From positions 1 to 10,361 of the forward strand of contig JAYZQJ010000278.1 of NCBI GenBank assembly GCA_036149055.1: a stretch of 10,361 bases of DNA, written 5' to 3'. The notes beneath the pieces were generated by a model that worked only from the letters and a program-made list of their open reading frames with translations, was not told the origin of the DNA and did no database searches. The stretch is from Myxococcota bacterium. GTDB lineage: Bacteria; Myxococcota_A; Polyangia; Polyangiales; Sandaracinaceae. Shown piece by piece: positions 7,077 to 10,361 of the stretch; position 1 is the stretch's first letter; every line of letters starts with the position of its first letter. A program made the position numbers and the translations under genes.

Positions 7077-8636
7077 ATGCGTCGCGCTGGCCCGGTCACG
7101 TTCGTCCTCCTGGCCTCGACCTTCGTGAGCGCGTGTGGCGCGCGCACCGTGCTGGACGTCTCGTCTCGCGAGGACGACGCGAGCGTGACGGCGGACGCCT
7201 CCGCCGACGCGGGTCGCGACGCCGGCCGGGACTCCGGTGTCGACTCGGGCGTCGACGCGGGACGCGACTCGGGCATGATCCCGAGCACGGGTCCTTGCGC
7301 GCGCGACGCCGACTGTGACATCGGGGTCTGCCGCGGCGCGGTGGGCTTCTCCCCCGCCGACCTGGCGAACCACCCGCTCGAGTGCGGCCCCACCGACCCC
7401 GACGGCGGCCCGGTGGGCGCCCCGTGCAGCAGCCCCACCCAGTGCGGTCGCGGCCTCTGCAGCGTCAGCGGCGTGTGCGTGGAGCCCTGCCGGACCGACG
7501 TCGACTGCGACGCGGGTGAGCGGTGCCGTCAGGTCTTCGTGCCCACCTCCGCCCGCAGCATGCAGCCGGTGCTCGCGTGCACCGCGCTGGTCGCCGCCCC
7601 CGACGGGGTGCGCGTCGTCGGCCCCGAGCCCGGGCCGACGCTGAGCGGCGGCATGGACGCCGGCGAGGACGCCCTCCCCGCCCTCGGCGACGACGCCCTC
7701 GTGATCTGGACCGGCGCCCCGGCGAGCACCCCGTTCATCGCCCGCATCGCCACCCGCCGGCCGCCCGCGACGGTGTTCGACGCCTTCGAGGGAGGAGACC
7801 CGCGCGCCCCGGCGCCGGACTGGGGCGTCAGCCCGCTGACCGTGACCGACGCCGCGACCCTCTTGTACCCCAACGGGCCGGGCACCCCGGACTCGGGCCG
7901 CGGCTTCGACGTGACCTTCGGCGCCAGCTCGCCGACCCCGCTCGAGCGCTACGTCGCGCAGCGCTCGGCCCCCGGCCGCGTGTTCGACGTCGACGCGTAC
8001 CTCGTCGGAGGCGGCGGCTGGACGGCCCGCAGCGGCGTGGCCCCGCCGGACATGCGTCGCGCCCTCGCCGACGCGGGCGCGGCGCTCGCCTCGGCCGGCA
8101 TCGTGCTCGGCGAGATCCGGGTGCACGAGGTCGTCGGCGCCCTGCGCGAGCGCTACGGCGTGCTCGAGGGCGCGGCGGGGCCGGCCATGGTGCCGGAGGA
8201 GCTCGACGACCTCTACGCGCTCACCGCGGGTCAGAACCGGCCGGCGATCCCCATCTTCTTCGTCCGCTCCATCGAGGGCGCGCTCGGCATCGCGAGCGGC
8301 ATCCCCGGCCCGCACGTGCTCCCCGGCACCGGCGCGAGCGGCGTGGCCATCAGCGTCGATCTGGTCCCCGTCGACGAGATGGGCGTCGTGATCGCCCACG
8401 AGCTCGGCCACTACACCGGGCTCTTCCACACGAGCGAGATCGACGGCCGCGTCAACGACCCGTTCCCGGACACCCCCGAGTGCCGCCTGGACCGCGACAC
8501 CGACGGAGACGGCTTTCTGCGGCCGAGCGAGTGCCGGGGCGCGGGCGCCGATCACCTGATGTTCTGGGCGGGCCGGAGCCCCACCGTGTCGGCGGGACAG
8601 GCGGAGCTGATGCGACGCGCCTACTTCGTGCGATAA
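7077..8636 (+). CDS. Putative lipoprotein zinc metalloprotease (metzincin, M43/pappalysin-like C-terminal domain) with Cys-rich N-terminal repeats
   Basis: Signal peptide with lipobox-like 'VSA-C' then 'GARTVL'; D/A/G/S linker; CxxDxDC-type motifs ('CARDADC', 'CSSPTQC', 'CRTDVDC'); HELGHYTGLFH (HExxHxxGxxH, 8397-8429); 'DPFPDTPEC'; Met-turn candidate 'HLMFW'. Confidence 0.85.
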   Translation: MRRAGPVTFVLLASTFVSACGARTVLDVSSREDDASVTADASADAGRDAGRDSGVDSGVDAGRDSGMIPSTGPCARDADCDIGVCRGAVGFSPADLANHPLECGPTDPDGGPVGAPCSSPTQCGRGLCSVSGVCVEPCRTDVDCDAGERCRQVFVPTSARSMQPVLACTALVAAPDGVRVVGPEPGPTLSGGMDAGEDALPALGDDALVIWTGAPASTPFIARIATRRPPATVFDAFEGGDPRAPAPDWGVSPLTVTDAATLLYPNGPGTPDSGRGFDVTFGASSPTPLERYVAQRSAPGRVFDVDAYLVGGGGWTARSGVAPPDMRRALADAGAALASAGIVLGEIRVHEVVGALRERYGVLEGAAGPAMVPEELDDLYALTAGQNRPAIPIFFVRSIEGALGIASGIPGPHVLPGTGASGVAISVDLVPVDEMGVVIAHELGHYTGLFHTSEIDGRVNDPFPDTPECRLDRDTDGDGFLRPSECRGAGADHLMFWAGRSPTVSAGQAELMRRAYFVR

Positions 8637-8667
8637 CCGGCGAATGTCGTGCGATAACCGGCAAATG
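8626..8667 (+). repeat. 21 bp tandem duplication at the protease/AKR junction
   Basis: TCGTGCGATAACCGGCGAATG (8626-8646) and TCGTGCGATAACCGGCAAATG (8647-8667), one mismatch. Confidence 0.92.
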
Positions 8668-9603
8668 GAGTATCGACGGCTGGGCACCAGCGGGCTGAAG
8701 GTCAGCGCCATCTCGATCGGCGGCTGGCTGACCTTCGGAGAGAGCGTCGACGGCTCGGCGAGCGCGAGCATCCTCCGCGCGGCGATCGATCGCGGCGTGA
8801 ACCACGTCGACCTCGCCGACGTGTACGGACACGACGGCGCGGCCGAGCGCGCGGTGGGCGCCTGGCTCCCCGACGTGCGCCGCTCCTCGCTCGTGATCTC
8901 CAGCAAGTGCTTCTGGCCCACCGGCGAGGGCCCCAACGACCGCGGCCTCAGCCGCAAGCACATCATGGAGAGCTGCGAGGCGAGCCTCACCCGGCTCGGC
9001 ACCGACTACCTCGACGTCTACTACTGCCACCGCGAGGACCCCGAGACCCCGCTCGAGGAGACCGTGCGCGCGATGGACGACCTCGTCCGCCAGGGCAAGA
9101 TCCTCTACTGGGGCACCAGCTGCTGGGGCGCGTCGACCCTGCTCAAGACCCACGCCCTCTGCGGCCTGCGCAACTACCACGCGCCGATCGTCGAGCAGCC
9201 CCGCTACAACCTCCTGAAGCGCGACATCGAGAAGCGCGTCCTCCCGGTCGCCAGCCGCCTCGGCATGGGCCTCGTCGTCTGGAGCCCCCTCGCCGGCGGC
9301 GCCCTGACCGGCAAGTACGACGACGGAGTCCCCGAAGGCACCCGAGGCGCCGACACCGGCTGGCTCGACGACTACCTCACCGACGAGACCCGCCCGAGGC
9401 TCCGCCAGCTCAGCGCCCACGCCCGCGAGCTCGGCTGCACCCCAGCCCAGCTCGCCCTCGCCTGGTGCCTGCGCCGAGACGCCATCTCGAGCGTCATCAC
9501 CGGCGCCACCAAGATCGCCCAGCTCGAAGACAACCTCGGCGCCCTGGACGTCGAGATCCCGGAAGACCTGGCGAGAGAGCTCGACGCCCTGTTCCCCCGG
9601 TGA
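8665..9603 (+). CDS. Aldo/keto reductase (Kv-beta-like subfamily)
   Basis: 'MEYRRLGTSGLKVSAISIGGWLTFG'; catalytic tetrad in 'DLADVYG', 'ISSKCFW' and 'YYCHRED'; 'GLSRKHIMESCEASLTRLGTDYLD', 'WSPLAGGALTGKY', 'AQLALAW', 'VITGATKIAQLEDNL'. In-frame alternative ATG at 8644. Confidence 0.95.
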   Translation: MEYRRLGTSGLKVSAISIGGWLTFGESVDGSASASILRAAIDRGVNHVDLADVYGHDGAAERAVGAWLPDVRRSSLVISSKCFWPTGEGPNDRGLSRKHIMESCEASLTRLGTDYLDVYYCHREDPETPLEETVRAMDDLVRQGKILYWGTSCWGASTLLKTHALCGLRNYHAPIVEQPRYNLLKRDIEKRVLPVASRLGMGLVVWSPLAGGALTGKYDDGVPEGTRGADTGWLDDYLTDETRPRLRQLSAHARELGCTPAQLALAWCLRRDAISSVITGATKIAQLEDNLGALDVEIPEDLARELDALFPR

Positions 9604-9729
9604 CCCCGAGACCGAGGCCGAGTGGCCGCGACGATTCTTCTGGGGCCGGCCGCGCGCGAGGGCTGTCGACGGCGTTCGCGCCGAGCGGCGCCGAGTCCGA
9701 ACGCTGTCCACGGCGTCCGAGCGCTGCGT

Positions 9730-10148
9730 GGTGCAACTCGAACGCTAGCCGCAGCGTTCCAACTGTGCCTGCACAGTCCAGTTGATAGAGCGAATCAACT
9801 GGACTGTGCACGCACAACCCAGTTGATTCCGATTCGCAACTGGACTGTGCACGCACAACCCAGTTGATTCCGATTCGCAACTGGACTGTGCACGCCCAAC
9901 CCAGTTGATTCCGATTCGCAACTGGACTGCGCACGCACAACCCAGTTGATTCCCGTTCGCAACTGGACTGCGCACGCACAACCCAGTTGAATCCGATTCG
10001 CAACTGAACTGTGCACGCTACAGCTCGAACGTCGCGGACAGTGTTTCCAACTGCGCCCGCACAACCCAGTTGATTCCGGTTCGCAACTGGACTGTGCACG
10101 CTACAGCTCGAACGTCGCGGCCAGCGTTTCCAACTGCGCCCGCACAGC
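9730..10148. repeat. Array of ten 41-42 bp palindromic units of two types (order B-A-A-A-A-A-A-B-A-B); REP/BIME-like, not CRISPR
   Basis: Type A consensus GCACAACCCAGTTGATTCCGATTCGCAACTGGACTGTGCAC starts at 9771 (variant), 9812, 9853, 9894, 9935, 9976 and 10059. Type B (GCTACAGCTCGAACGTCGCGG..AGYGTTTCCAACTGCGCCC-like) starts at 9730 (variant), 10017 and 10100. Confidence 0.92.
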
Positions 10149-10185
10149 TTCGCGGGCGGCCGCGCTCGAGCGCGAGGTGAGCTAC

Positions 10186-10361
10186 GAGTCCGACGCCGAG
10201 TCCGACGCCGAGTCCGACGCCGAGTCCGACGCCGAGTCCGACGCCGAGTCCGAGTCCGAGTCCGAGTCCGAGCCCGAGCCCGAGCCCGAGCCCGAGTCCG
10301 AGTCCGAGTCCGAGTCCGAGTCCGAGCCCGAGCCCGAGTCCGAGTCCGAGTCCGAGTCCGA
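10186..10361. repeat. Compound microsatellite (GAGTCCGACGCC)x5 followed by mixed (GAGTCC)n/(GAGCCC)n, truncated by the window edge
   Basis: 12-mers at 10186, 10198, 10210, 10222 and 10234; hexamers from 10246 to the end. Confidence 0.97.

Noticed and set aside
7171..7275. GAC-GCG/GCC/TCG-GGC repeats as a DNA repeat element
   Set aside because: Explained as the low-complexity D-A/S-G linker of the lipoprotein.
46..9785. Long alternative-frame or antisense ORFs (46-1215, 1219-2541, 2110-3726, 2334-3611, 3814-6273, 4089-6266, 6924-9002, 7523-8698, 8452-9711, 8907-9785 and similar)
   Set aside because: These are shadow ORFs typical of high-GC DNA. They are R/G/P/A-rich, have no recognisable motifs and overlap well-supported genes.
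9497..10099. Minus-strand ORFs 9497-10099, 9745-9981 and 9795-10064, and plus-strand 9622-9867, as repeat proteins
   Set aside because: The same peptides recur in all three frames because of the 41 bp period. Codon usage is atypical and one ORF overlaps the AKR gene.
9771..10099. Integron attC sites, retron msr-msd or SOS boxes
   Set aside because: The units are shorter than attC, lack a GTTRRRY end and have no cassettes between them. No integrase or reverse transcriptase is present. CTGT..ACAG spacing is N6, not the N8 of the E. coli-type LexA box.
9730..10148. CRISPR array
   Set aside because: The units abut with no unique spacers, the interiors are repeated near-identically, the 41 bp period is too short, and no cas genes are present in the window.

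Overview
Very GC-rich bacterial chromosomal segment, probably myxobacterial (inferred from composition and from the Cys-rich lipoprotein with a CGARTxL N-terminus). Gene order: LysR regulator (-) divergent from an MDR/quinone-oxidoreductase-type gene (+); GT4 WcaL/AmsK-like glycosyltransferase (-) divergent from a SugE/Gdx-like SMR exporter (+); iorA/iorB-type [2Fe-2S] and molybdopterin oxidoreductase pair (-); a small hypothetical ORF (-) with an unresolved start; a Cys-rich lipoprotein with a metzincin (M43-like) domain (+); an aldo/keto reductase (+). The genes are mostly ordinary. The unusual material is repetitive DNA: (1) an array of ten 41-42 bp palindromic units of two interior types at 9730-10141 that is not a CRISPR; (2) three ~100 bp repeats, each ending in an octamer triad, at the left edge; (3) GAG-NCC hexamer tracts, both at the right edge and translated as a ~65 aa acidic tail on IorA; (4) a 21 bp tandem duplication that spans a stop and a start codon. 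No transposase, integrase, cas, reverse transcriptase, tRNA or rRNA gene was recognised.
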